64,000 nucleotides of DNA from the NCBI RefSeq assembly GCF_001194135.2, contig NC_068991.1, positions 43,447,349 to 43,511,348 on the forward strand, in the 5' to 3' direction. Within the stretch, counting starts at the first letter, position 1. Every line of letters starts with the position of its first letter. This document shows, piece after piece, positions 39,212-50,889 of this stretch. A program made the position numbers and the translations under genes. The notes under the pieces are model-generated. The model was given only the letters and a program-made list of their open reading frames with translations, ran no database searches and was not told where the DNA came from. Source of the stretch: Octopus bimaculoides (taxonomy: Eukaryota).

Positions 39212-40016
39212 GATATGCAAGTACCCAGGAACGACATCCGCATATTTGAAGGGGTGTCGGTGCAGTAAGCGGTGTGCTTGGTGCATATATGTTTGTATGT
39301 ATGCGTATGTGTGTGAACGTGTGTCAGAGAGACAGAAGCTCTCTTTGATTACATTCACATCGACAATTAAGGAAGGGTGAAAGAAAGGAAGAACAACATG
39401 ACTAAACGGTTAAATTAATACGCTGATTGTTGTACAAATTATAAAACTAGAGAAAAAGAAATAAAAAAAAGTGTGCGGTGGGTGGGAGGTAAACACCCAT
39501 CCCGTCCAGGCAGCACTCCAAAATATATACAACACATACACAGACAGCTGGGATTCTTGAGTATCGTTCTGAAACTTACACAATGAGTCTTCTAGTACCG
39601 CTATCAACATATATACATACACACAGTCATCTATAGTGTTGCTGTAAACATAACGGTGATTCTATAATAGCATTTCAGCTGCTTTCCCTTCGTCTAAAAT
39701 CCAGAGAACTTTATCAAGTTGACCGTTCATGTTGCGTGAATCGTATTTAATGTGTAATTTATGGAGCGAGAGAGAGAGAGAATACTATACATACATTTGC
39801 ATGCAGACTGCTTGAGATGTGCAGTTACGTTCGCTTCTTGCTCACTGACAAAACACGGGGCTACAAGATGGTTTTCCTGGACACCCGTTGCTTATTGTTT
39901 TCATTTCATTTTATTTCACCATAATGCAGTATCACCTTTCACCTTTATACTTTGGCCGTCTACATACCACAAGCAAACCTTGTCATGTAGTTTAAGTATT
40001 TAAAAATAAATCGGTA

Positions 40017-40064
<48 letters not shown>

Positions 40065-40477
40065 NNNNNNNNNNNNNNNNNNNNNNNNNNNNNNNNNNNN
40101 NNNNNNNNNNNNNNNNNNNNNNNNNNNNNNNNNNNNNNNNNNNNNNNNNNNNNNNNNNNNNNNNNNNNNNNNNNNNNNNNNNNNNNNNNNNNNNNNNNNN
40201 NNNNNNNNNNNNNNNNNNNNNNNNNNNNNNNNNNNNNNNNNNNNNNNNNNNNNNNNNNNNNNNNNNNNNNNNNNNNNNNNNNNNNNNNNNNNNNNNNNNN
40301 NNNNNNNNNNNNNNNNNNNNNNNNNNNNNNNNNNNNNNNNNNNNNNNNNNNNNNNNNNNNNNNNNNNNNNNNNNNNNNNNNNNNNNNNNNNNNNNNNNNN
40401 NNNNNNNNNNNNNNNNNNNNNNNNNNNNNNNNNNNNNNNNNNNNNNNNNNNNNNNNNNNNNNNNNNNNNNNNNNNNN

Positions 40478-40579
<102 letters not shown>

Positions 40580-40958
40580 GTGTGTGTGTGTGTATCGTGA
40601 CTGTATATATTTATGTGTATATCAAAGTATGTACTCAATGTTTCAAGATCTCAGTATCTTTTTCTCTTCGAATTTTTGCGCTGCTGACTAATGTTTAAAG
40701 GATATTGTACTTAATTACTGTTTATGCATACTTATATACATATCTATATAGCCGTGTATTTATATGTATATACATATGCATATATACAAATATATATGCA
40801 TATATATTGTATTTGGTTTGCAGGGAAGAGTCATTCTCTTTTAGTGCCTTATTACTTAACACACACACCGATTCGATTTTCCCTCATTTATTTTTTTTTT
40901 CTAAAATTTTTGTTGTATCTTGCAACCTTCTCAATAGTTGTTGTCTGTCCATTATCAG

Positions 40959-41122
40959 AGGTGCAGGAGTGGCAGTGTGGTAAGTAGCTTGCTTACCAAC
41001 CACATGGTTCTGGGTTCAGTCCCACTGCGTGGCACCTTGGGCAAGTGTCTTCTACTATAGCCTGAGGCTGACCAAAGCTTTGTGCAAGGATTTGGTAGAT
41101 GGAAACTGAAAGAAGCCCGTCA
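40959..41122 (+). mobile_element. SINE family A head (a matching tail lies at 43790-43995)
   Basis: Near-identical to the head at 458-620. Confidence 0.85.
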
Positions 41123-41177
41123 TATATATATATATATATCATCAACATCAGCATCATCATCATCATCATCATCATCA

Positions 41178-41498
41178 TGGTTGTCGTTTAACATCTGCTT
41201 TCCATGCTAGCATGGGTTGGATGGTTTGACTGAGGGCTGGCGAGCCAGAAGGCTGCACCAGGCTCCAATCTGATCTGGCAAAGTTTCTATAGCTGGATGC
41301 CCTTCCTAACACCAACCACTCCGAGATTGTAGTGGGTGCTTTTTACGTGCCACCAGCACGAGGGCCAGTCAGGTGGTACTGGCATTGACCGCACTCGAAT
41401 GGTGCTTTTTACATGCCACCGGCATAGGAGTCAGTCAGGCGGCACTGACAACAACCATGCTCAAATGGTGTTTTTTACATGCCACCAGTACACACACA
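41178..41498 (-). mobile_element. RTE LINE 3' UTR/tail running into the gap
   Basis: Reverse complement of the tail at 43560-43785, ending in (ATC)n/(GAT)n. Confidence 0.8.
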
Positions 41499-41998
41499 NN
41501 NNNNNNNNNNNNNNNNNNNNNNNNNNNNNNNNNNNNNNNNNNNNNNNNNNNNNNNNNNNNNNNNNNNNNNNNNNNNNNNNNNNNNNNNNNNNNNNNNNNN
41601 NNNNNNNNNNNNNNNNNNNNNNNNNNNNNNNNNNNNNNNNNNNNNNNNNNNNNNNNNNNNNNNNNNNNNNNNNNNNNNNNNNNNNNNNNNNNNNNNNNNN
41701 NNNNNNNNNNNNNNNNNNNNNNNNNNNNNNNNNNNNNNNNNNNNNNNNNNNNNNNNNNNNNNNNNNNNNNNNNNNNNNNNNNNNNNNNNNNNNNNNNNNN
41801 NNNNNNNNNNNNNNNNNNNNNNNNNNNNNNNNNNNNNNNNNNNNNNNNNNNNNNNNNNNNNNNNNNNNNNNNNNNNNNNNNNNNNNNNNNNNNNNNNNNN
41901 NNNNNNNNNNNNNNNNNNNNNNNNNNNNNNNNNNNNNNNNNNNNNNNNNNNNNNNNNNNNNNNNNNNNNNNNNNNNNNNNNNNNNNNNNNNNNNNNNN

Positions 41999-42029
<31 letters not shown>

Positions 42030-42044
42030 ATGTATCTTTGGCTA

Positions 42045-43785
42045 GAAATATCTAGCCAAAGATAAACCTCTGTACTTGGAGACTTGGAGAAAACTTTTGA
42101 CAGGGTCCCTGATCCCTTATCTGGTGGTCAATGCTGAAACTGGGGATAGATGAGTGGTTGGTAAGAGCTGTACAAGCTGTCAGTAAGGTGAGGGTTGGCA
42201 ATGAGTATAGGGAAGAATTAAGGGATAGAAGTAGGGGTTTACCAAGGATCAGTCCTCAGCCCCCTCTTATTTATCATAGTCCTCCAGGCAATGGCAGAGG
42301 AATTCAAGACAGGCTGCCCCTGGGAGCTCCTCTATGCTGATGATCTTGTTCTAATAGCAGAGTCACTGCTAGAACTAGAGACAAAGTTTAGGGTGTAGAA
42401 GCAAGGTCTAGAATCAAAGGGCCTTAGGGTTAACCTAGTAAAAACCAATATCTTAGTAAGTAGGAAGGCTGGCAAATCACAAACCCCTTCAGGCAGATGG
42501 CCCTGCTCAATCTGTGGAAAAGGGGTGGGTAGAAACTCCCGGTGCAAGCTATGGACACATAAAAGGTGCAGCAATATCAAAGGAAGGTTAACTGGGAAGA
42601 TAGTTTTTTGTGTGTAACAGATGCACAGGGGCAATAAACACTGAAAATGTACAGAAAACAGATTCCATCACATGCCAGGGGGGAAAACTAGAAGTAGTTG
42701 ATAGCTTCCACTACCTAGGCAACCAAGTTGTGGGGGTGGTTGCTCTGAGAGTGTAGCAGCTAAAACAAGAATAGCCTGGGCAAAGTTCAGGGAGCTCCTA
42801 CCTCTGCAGGCAACTAAGGGCCTCTCGCTCAGGATGAAAGGTAGACTGTATGATGCATGTGTGCGAACTGCAATCTACACAGCAGTGAAACATGGGCTGT
42901 AACTTTTGAGGACATGTATAGGCTTGAAAGAAATGAAGCTAGTATGATTTGCTGGATGTGTAATGTCAGTGTGCATACACAACAGAGTGTAGGCACCCTG
43001 AGAGAAATGTGGTGTGCAAGAGAGACGACTGTGCTGGTATAGTCATGTGTTATGTATGGATGAGGACAGCTATGTGAGGAAGTGCCACACTCTAACTATG
43101 GAAGGAACCTGTGGAAGAGGTAGACCCAGGAAGACATGGGATAAGGTAGTGAAGCATGACCTTCAAACGTTGGGCCTCACAGAGGCAATGACAGGCGACC
43201 AAGACCTTTGGAGATATGCTGTGATTGAGAAGACCTGGAAACTAAAGTGAAATTGCAGCCATGGCCGATGCCAGTGTTGCATGTCCAGCCCATTTAAGAG
43301 TACTCTTGATGTGTTGAATGATATGATATGCTTGAGAAGACTTGTTGAGTCAAGTAAAACCAGAATCGTAGCTGTGGCCAGTGTCCCCTGACTGGCTTCT
43401 ATTCTGGTGGCACATAAAATGCATCATCTAAACGTGGTCGATACCAGTGTCCCCTGATTGGCTTCTGTGCTAGTGGCATGTAAAAAGCACCATCTGAACG
43501 TGACCAATGCCAGTGACTCCTGACTGGCTTCTGTGCCAGTGACACATAAAAAGTACTATCTGAATGTGATTGATACCAGGCCCATCTGACTGGTTCATGT
43601 ATTGGTGGCACATAAAAAGCACCCACTACACACTCAGAGTCGTTGGCATTAGGAAGGGCAGCTGTAGAAACATTGCCAGATCAGATTAGAGCCTGGTGCA
43701 GCCACTGGCTCTCCAGACCTCAGTCAAACCATCCAGCCCATGCCAGCATGGAAAACGGACTTTAAAAAAAGATGAAAATGATGAT
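42045..43785 (+). mobile_element. 5'-truncated RTE-type LINE: RT C-terminal half, 3' UTR with about four 66-bp tandem units, (GAT)n tail
   Basis: Reads YLAKDKPLY...WELLYADDLVLIAE...EVVDSFHYLG...GRLYDAC...HSSETWAVT...RGRPRKTW, with several stops and frameshifts. Confidence 0.9.
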
Positions 43786-43789
43786 GATA

Positions 43790-43995
43790 TATGTCTGTGT
43801 TTGTTCTCCCCCACCATCGCTTGACAATCGATGTTGGTGTGTTTACATCCCTAGCAGCAGTTCAGCAAAAGAGACCAATAGAATAAGTTCTAGGCTCACA
43901 AAGAATATGTCCTGGGGTCAATTTGTTTGACTAAAGGCGGTGCTCCAGCATGGCTTCAATCAAATGACTGAAATAAATAAAAGAATAAAAGAATA
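43790..43995 (+). mobile_element. SINE family A tail
   Basis: Matches 660-857. Confidence 0.85.
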
Positions 43996-44910
43996 AAATA
44001 AGTGGAAATCAAACCAGTGAGTGTGTTAAGTAACAAAGCACTAAAAGACAATGACTCTCCCCAGACACAATAAAATATGCTTCAACACACGATTTCTGAG
44101 CATTTCCTTACGTCTGTGACATAGAAATTTTAAAGAGTCTGACAAGCTGTCCACAAGCAAATTTCTTACCACACAGCCACATATATAAAGAATATCTTAT
44201 AATAATTCTGCTTGTCAGTGCGTTACTTAACCCGTCAGTAACTCTTTCACATGATTAAACAAAAAGAGGGATAGAGAAGCGTCCATGACGTGAGGTAGAG
44301 GGAATGTACTTGTAACGCTTTCACCTGATTAGTTGAAGGGAAAGAGAAGAGAAAGAAAAAGGAGAGAGAAAAAGAAGATAAGGCAAAGAGTGAGACGGAA
44401 AGAAGGAGAAAGAAAAGAGTAAGAGAGAAGCATCCATGACATGAGGTAGAGGGAATGTAACATTTATTACATGGTTAAAAAAGTTAGTTGAAGGTAGTGA
44501 TATAGAGAGAGTTAGAGATATAATTTTAGCAGAGGAATGATATTCTGAAAGAAAGGTAGAGAGAAGAGGGAGAGTGGGGAGGGGGAGAGAGATGATGGTG
44601 ATGGTGGAGGTGGCGTTGGTGATTGCATAGTGAAAAGTGTATTTTTTTTCAATTGAACTAAGTTTTTTTATATCACCTATTGCTTAGCACATGCTCATAA
44701 GTGCAATTCCATGAAATATTCATGCTTATTTACGCGACAGATATATGCAATTTAACTAAAAGTTGTATCATATGTATGGGATAATCTTTTTTTGTTTATG
44801 AGAAAAATGGAAAAATAAGAGTGAATATTTATTTTGAGTGCTGTGTATTTAGTCTTTAAAATTGTGCATAAAGTATGTATATAAAGTGTATATTCTTTTA
44901 TTCTTCTGTT

Positions 44911-45306
44911 CTTTTACTTGTTTCAATCATTTGACTGGGGCCATGCAGGAGCACCACCTTTTAGTCAAAGAAATCAACCCCTGGATTTATTCTTTGTAAG
45001 CCTGGTACTTATTCTATCAGTCACTTCTGCCAAACCACTAGGTTACGGGGGCGTAAACATACCAACATCGGTTGTTAAGCAATGGTGGTAGGAACATACA
45101 CAGACACAATGACACACACCCATAAATATATACATATATATATATACAACAGGCTTTTTTCAGTGTCCATCAACCAAATCTGTTCACAAGGTCTTGGTTG
45201 GCCCAAGGCTATAGTAGATGACACTTGCCCAATGTGCCACACAGTGGGGCTGAACCCAGAACCATGTGGTTGGGAAGTAAGTTTCTTACCACACAGTCAC
45301 ACCTGC
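44911..45306 (-). mobile_element. SINE family A copy
   Basis: Full head, microsatellite and tail in reverse. Confidence 0.85.
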
Positions 45307-45399
45307 ATTAAGTAATCATCATATTCCAATTTCTTTCACTTTTCAATGAGTAGCAGATGAGTGACTATGTTTCCATACAGACTATGTTTCCATACAGAC

Positions 45400-46010
45400 T
45401 GTTTCCATACAGACACAACACAGGCTATGCTTTCAGGTCTTTTGGATGAAGTTTTCAGGAATAACCCAACAGGTTTCATTTCTTTCAAGCCTACGCATGT
45501 CCTCGGCTGTCACAGCCCATATTTCACCACCATGTAACATAGTTGTTCACACACAGGCATCATACAATCTGCCTTTCACTCTGAGAGAGAGATCCCATAA
45601 TGCCAGCAGAGGCAGGAGTTCTGTGGATTTTGCTCAGCCTAATCTTATTCTGACATCCATGCTCTCAGAGCATCCACCTCTGCTACTTACTTGATCACCT
45701 TGGTAACAGAAGCTTTCTACTACCTCTACCTTACTCCCATGGCAGTTGATGGAATCTATTTTCTGTGCATTTTCAGTGTTTATTGTACCTGTGCATCTAC
45801 CACACACAAAAGCTATTTTCCCTGTTAACTATATTCTGATATTGCAGCACCTTTTATGTGTCCAAAGCTTACACTGGGTGCATATTATAGAGTTGCTACC
45901 TACACCTCTTCTACAGATCGACCAGGACCATCTACCTGAAGGAACTTGTGATTTGTCTGCCTTCCTACTTACTAAGACTTTGGGTTCTCTTGTTGTGAAT
46001 GACAAATGAG
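45400..46010 (-). mobile_element. RTE LINE RT fragment (same family as 42045-43785)
   Basis: SRKADKSQVPSGRWSWSICRRGVGSNSIICTQCKLWTHKRC in the 45829-46029 ORF. Confidence 0.85.
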
Positions 46011-46029
46011 GGTTTAGTAAATAAAGCAT

Positions 46030-46640
46030 TAATCATGTTCTATGGACATGAATGTGTCTCTTGAGGCCTGCTGGTGCCTTGCAGACCTTTTGGCAAATGG
46101 AACAAGTTGAGGACTCAGTTTACTTGAAGATCATTTACTATGTGTTTTCTTGGGTAGACAGCAAGGCCTGTTTTGCTCTGTGCCACAAAACCACAATGAC
46201 AGGTAAGGTTCCCATTTAGAGGAGCAGCATTTTGACAGGCTTACACAAAGTTGGTCCTGATGCTGGAGTTAACTTTGCTCAAATCTTTGAACTGAGATGT
46301 AGGACTGGTGCCAGGTCCTGGGTTCTGATGCTTTATTTTCCAAGGAAGGAAAGGGAATGTTGCATTGCTTCAGATTGTCTTTTAGTTTGTCTTTGAAGTG
46401 CAAGAGTGGATCTTCCTATTAGTAATTGGCCAAAGAGAAGTTACTTCCGAATTCTGGTATCACTCATATGTGAGAGATGACCTAACCATCTAAGCTGTAT
46501 TTTGATGAGGATGGTTTCAATATCTGATATATTGCATTTTGTTTGTACCTCACTGTTATGAATATGGCCTCTTGGTACATAAAAGAAAAAGGAGGCAGTC
46601 AGAATTTTGGATAATTCTTTATTAGTGCTTTTGTTCATTT
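46030..46640 (-). mobile_element. 3' fragment of a different RTE-like LINE
   Basis: IETILIKIQLRWLGHLSHMSDTRIRK*LLFGQL matches the LRWxGHxxRM motif of the RTE C-terminus. Confidence 0.7.
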
Positions 46641-46867
46641 TTCGAACTTGTCAAGACAAAATCAAAATCAAGATGGTAAAAACAGAATGTTTCGTTGTTG
46701 ATTTATATGAATCAGATAACTTTTGCTTTGTTTAGAAGAGGAGGATATCATTTTTGGTTTTTGGAAAAGGAAGGGAGAGGGAGAAAGAAAAGCAAAGGGG
46801 GGATAGACAGAGAGAGAGGTTTCAGGACAATCAAGAAAGAGGATAGGGAAAGGATAGATAGATAGAT

Positions 46868-46907
<40 letters not shown>

Positions 46908-48515
46908 GGATGGAGAGAGAGAGGGAGGGAGGGAGAGAGAGGGAGAGAGAGAGGGAGAGAGAGGTTTCTTTTCAATTGTGGTTATTTCATTGAAATTTTA
47001 TTACAAAGCCTCTTTCTTTTTTATTTCTCCTTCCTTCTTTCCATTGTATACCTATCAACATATTTGTAAATAAACACATTTTCTCACAAGGGCTGGTGAC
47101 CTTTCAAAGATGTCAATGTTAGGAAGTAAAGGGAGAGGATGCAGTCATCACTGAAAAATAAAAAAAGAGTTCAAAGTTCAAAGTCTTATGAAAATATATA
47201 TTCCTTTGCACTTGTATAGTCAAGTCCCATATTCTGTGTAATTCCATGTTTTGCATGAACAAACATTAAATATTAGTACAATATTCATAAATTAGGAAAA
47301 TAAAGCCAGAATATAAAAAATGATTTGGTACTGTTTATAATTCAATCTATTCTCTATGTACATTTAATCAAACATCATAAATGAGTTGTGTATGTATATT
47401 GTATATTTAGCTGGAAGGCACTCTGTAGGATATAAATTATATAATAAAACAGGGCCTGCTTAAATATATTTTTTTGAGTATCTATCAGCCTTTTGTAGGA
47501 TTAATTTTACTTTTTCTTGCTTGCTTGGATAAGAGAGTTCAAAAGAGATCTTTTTCACAAATTACTTTGCCAAGGAGCTGCATTAGATATCTTTCCTAAT
47601 CAGCAGTAAAATGGTTCTAGTATTCTTTCTCAGGTATAGGTAAGTTTTATAAGAACAACAGTTGTCAAAATCTCAATGTTATATATGAGGTGTTTAGTAA
47701 CAGACCATCATAAGTGCCACAATTTAAAAACCAAGAAATACGCCAAGTTTTGTGACTTTCATAATGCAATATCTCGGCAAGAAATGAAGTCAGGAAGCTG
47801 GTTTTGGTCTTAAAATGACCGTGAAGACCTCCTCTAATCATTCCACCTATGTAAAATTATTTATGTATGCATCTGAAAGATGAAACAATGACTGCGTCTT
47901 TCTCATTCTGCAGAATATACCGGTACTATGAAACGATGTATCGCATTGCATATTTTAGCCATAATACCGAGAAAAAAAAACACAGAGACCCCCCCCCACA
48001 AAGGTATTGTTTGTGTTTTAATATTCCAAGGTAAGTATCTTTAAGAGGTAAGTAAGACAAGATAGTAAGATTATAGCCCATTATCATTATGATGGTAACG
48101 AGGAATATTAGAAAATGAGCCATAACACCTCAAGAAATTATACAGGGACCACACCAAAGTTATTCATTGAGCATGTGTGCTTATGATGGTGTGTTACTAA
48201 ACTCTCTGGTCCAAGTTTGGGTGAGCGAGTGTCGTGTCAATAGCATCGAGGTACAATTTTTTCAGCCAGATTTTCAACTTTATTGCAAGCCTCACCAGTT
48301 CTTCCTCTCAACGTTTTTGGATTCTAGATGTTGAGACAAAGAAAATGATATACCAACTTCGAAAATGGCTGGGATGGTGCTTACCACACTCTGTTACTAA
48401 ACATTGGAGCCACATTCAGAAACAGCAGTAATAGTGTAATATAAATGTTTTCTCTTCATCCATCATCATTACTACTAAAAAATCAATAATAAAAATGTAG
48501 TTTTTCTGCTTCTCT

Positions 48516-49451
48516 TTCAAACATCGAATTTTAGAGAGAATTTTTTGACGAAGTGTAGCTCCATTGCTTTTTGGAATTTTAGGTCATCTCTTGAACATAT
48601 TTCTAGATGTTTACTCAGTGGAATCTTGTACAATTCCTCTTGTTGGATGTGTTGTCTGTGGATTCTTGCATGTTGGCAGAGGGAATAGTTGTTTTACCAA
48701 TGTAATTTTCCTTGCAGTTGGGGCAAGTGATGCAGTATATGAGATTCTGTGTCTTGCAGTTCATATCTGCATTTACTTTGAACAAGAATCTACTCTTGTA
48801 TCTTATGTGGGAACCACTTTCTAAGTATTTAAAATTGTTGTTGTTGCATGTTCCACATCTGCTATCTCCACATTATTTTACGGCGACTGTGGAGTCGTGT
48901 ATTTGTATGTCAATATCCAGGAATGGTAATTCATTGCGACTGGATTCTGTCATGAATTTGATGGATGGGTGAAGTGTGTTGAGTATATTATTAAATATTT
49001 GTAAGTCCTCATTTGATTTGTCCCAAAAGATGAAGCAATCATTGAGGAAGTGTTTCCACATTTTAATGATGTATTTCTTGCAATCCTGATTAAAAGCTCT
49101 CTCAACTTCCTCATAAAGCCGTTCTTCCAAGTATCCCATGACCAGATTAGCATACGAGGGTGCAAACAGTGTCCCCATAGCAATGCCCTTTATAAGTCAA
49201 TATGTTTTATTTCTGAATCTAAAGGTGTTTTCTTCTAGTACCCGGCATGTGGCCTTGGTGATGAAGTCAGTTTTGAAGTGTTCATTTATCCATCTTCTAT
49301 GTTTCTCTACTCTGTTTTTGAGTGCTTCCAGGCCCAAAGTGTGAGGTATATTGGTATAAAGACTAGTGACTTCAAAGCTTGTAAGTATAGTACCTTCTGA
49401 GACAGTGGGTGGAATATGCTGGAGGAATTTTGATTTCAATTTTGTCTTCAC
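48516..49451 (-). mobile_element. Penelope-like element, internally deleted: RT fragment plus GIY-YIG fragment
   Basis: SFEVTSLYTNIPH, MGTLFAPSYANLVMGYLE, WKHFLNDCFIFW (degenerate YxDD region), LPFLDI; then NCKTQNLIYCITCPNCKENYIGKT and KAMELHFVKK. Confidence 0.9.
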
Positions 49452-49740
49452 AAATTTGAAAAATGAACAAAAGTGCTAATAAAGAATTATCCAAAATTCT
49501 GACTGTATCCTTTATCTCAATATACAATATCTGTACGCCACTTCAACCACTACACACACACACACACACATGTACATATATGTATGCATAAAACCAGATC
49601 TGGAAAACAAATCCCTATTATAATCATGTGAGAAATTGGGAAATATTTGCAACCAGCAGAGTGTCATGGAAAGACAAATATACCCAATGCATCCACAAAA
49701 TTTTAAAACAAATTATATTAAGCACATAAAATTGAGATGG

Positions 49741-50008
49741 AAAGGAATCTACCATCAATATCAAGGAAAGGAAAGGAAATATCAGGAAAGGAATCTACCA
49801 TCAATATCAAGGAAAGGAAAGGAAATATCAGGAAAGGAATCTACCATCAATATCAAGGAAAGGAAAGGANNNNNNNNNNAAGGAAATATCAGGAAAGGAA
49901 TCTACCATCAATATCAAGGAAAGGAAAGGAAATATCAGGAAAGGAATCTACCATCAATATCAAGGAAAGGAAAGGAAATATCAGGAAAGGAATCTACCAT
50001 CAATATCA
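49741..50008. repeat. 46-bp minisatellite, at least 5 near-identical copies, interrupted by a 10-N gap
   Basis: Unit aaaggaatctaccatcaatatcaaggaaaggaaaggaaatatcagg starts at 49741, 49787, 49833 and continues after the gap. Confidence 0.95.
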
Positions 50009-50889
50009 ATCTTTCTTCAAATGTCCATCTTGGTAACATACCCTGTCTTTTCAAGACAGGGTATGTTAGCCACTGAAGGGTACATGAAACAAAGCAAGCT
50101 GATGATAAGTCATTGCCACCTAAATACACATGTCTGACAGTCATGTAATCAATGTTATATTTCTGTTGATTGTCTGAAGAGACGTGTGTATTCACAAAGC
50201 CAACCGTCACGAGTCTGCATTGTGTTTAACTGGTAGGTGTTGTTTATATAAATAGTTGTGGTAAAAACTGCAAATCGAAATCAAAAAAAGAAGCCATCTT
50301 TGCTCTGCAGCAGTAGTTATTTTTATTATTGAGCCATCTTCAGTCATTTCAGCATGCAGTAACTGTTTAACTGAAATATGCTTGTTCTTATCTCTTTATT
50401 TTTCTCTCTCTTTATTCATCTTTTCCATTCAAGAGCATAGGCTAGAAACATTAAGGACTTCTTTCAATTTTCCTGAGCATTAACTTAATACATCCTGTTT
50501 ATTTTTTTATCACATATTTATGTTTCCTTTTGTATCCTATACATACATACATACACACACATACATACATACACACACACACACATATACATACATACAT
50601 ACATACACACATACACACACACATACATACATACATACATACATACATACATACATCTGGTGCCAACATGGCCGTATGCTTAAGAAGTTCTGTGGTTTCA
50701 GAGTGTCAAGTAACAGCCTGATTATGTAATCTCCATCTCTAAATAGTGCAGTAATTTGAGAGAAACATTATAAAAACAGTTGGAATTATGCTACCAGAGG
50801 TAGCATAATGATGAACAGAAATGTAAAACTCTGAGTAACAGGTGTTGTGATGTCTTTACAGCTTTATCAATAAAGTGTGTATATATATA

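Noticed and set aside
39106-39267. Selenoprotein-like read-through MARVAVVVNGSSSDGGYGDVC-TGA-RFPLVFSGGW
   Set aside because: No resemblance to selenoprotein families I know, low-complexity sequence, and no SECIS identifiable by eye.
47634-47639. 6-nt plus-strand microexon-like ttctcag|GTATAG|gtaagt
   Set aside because: No supported plus-strand gene, several upstream AGs, and such motifs arise by chance.
49636-50076. 146-aa and 99-aa repetitive ORFs
   Set aside because: Translation of a 46-bp (non-triplet) minisatellite cycling through frames.
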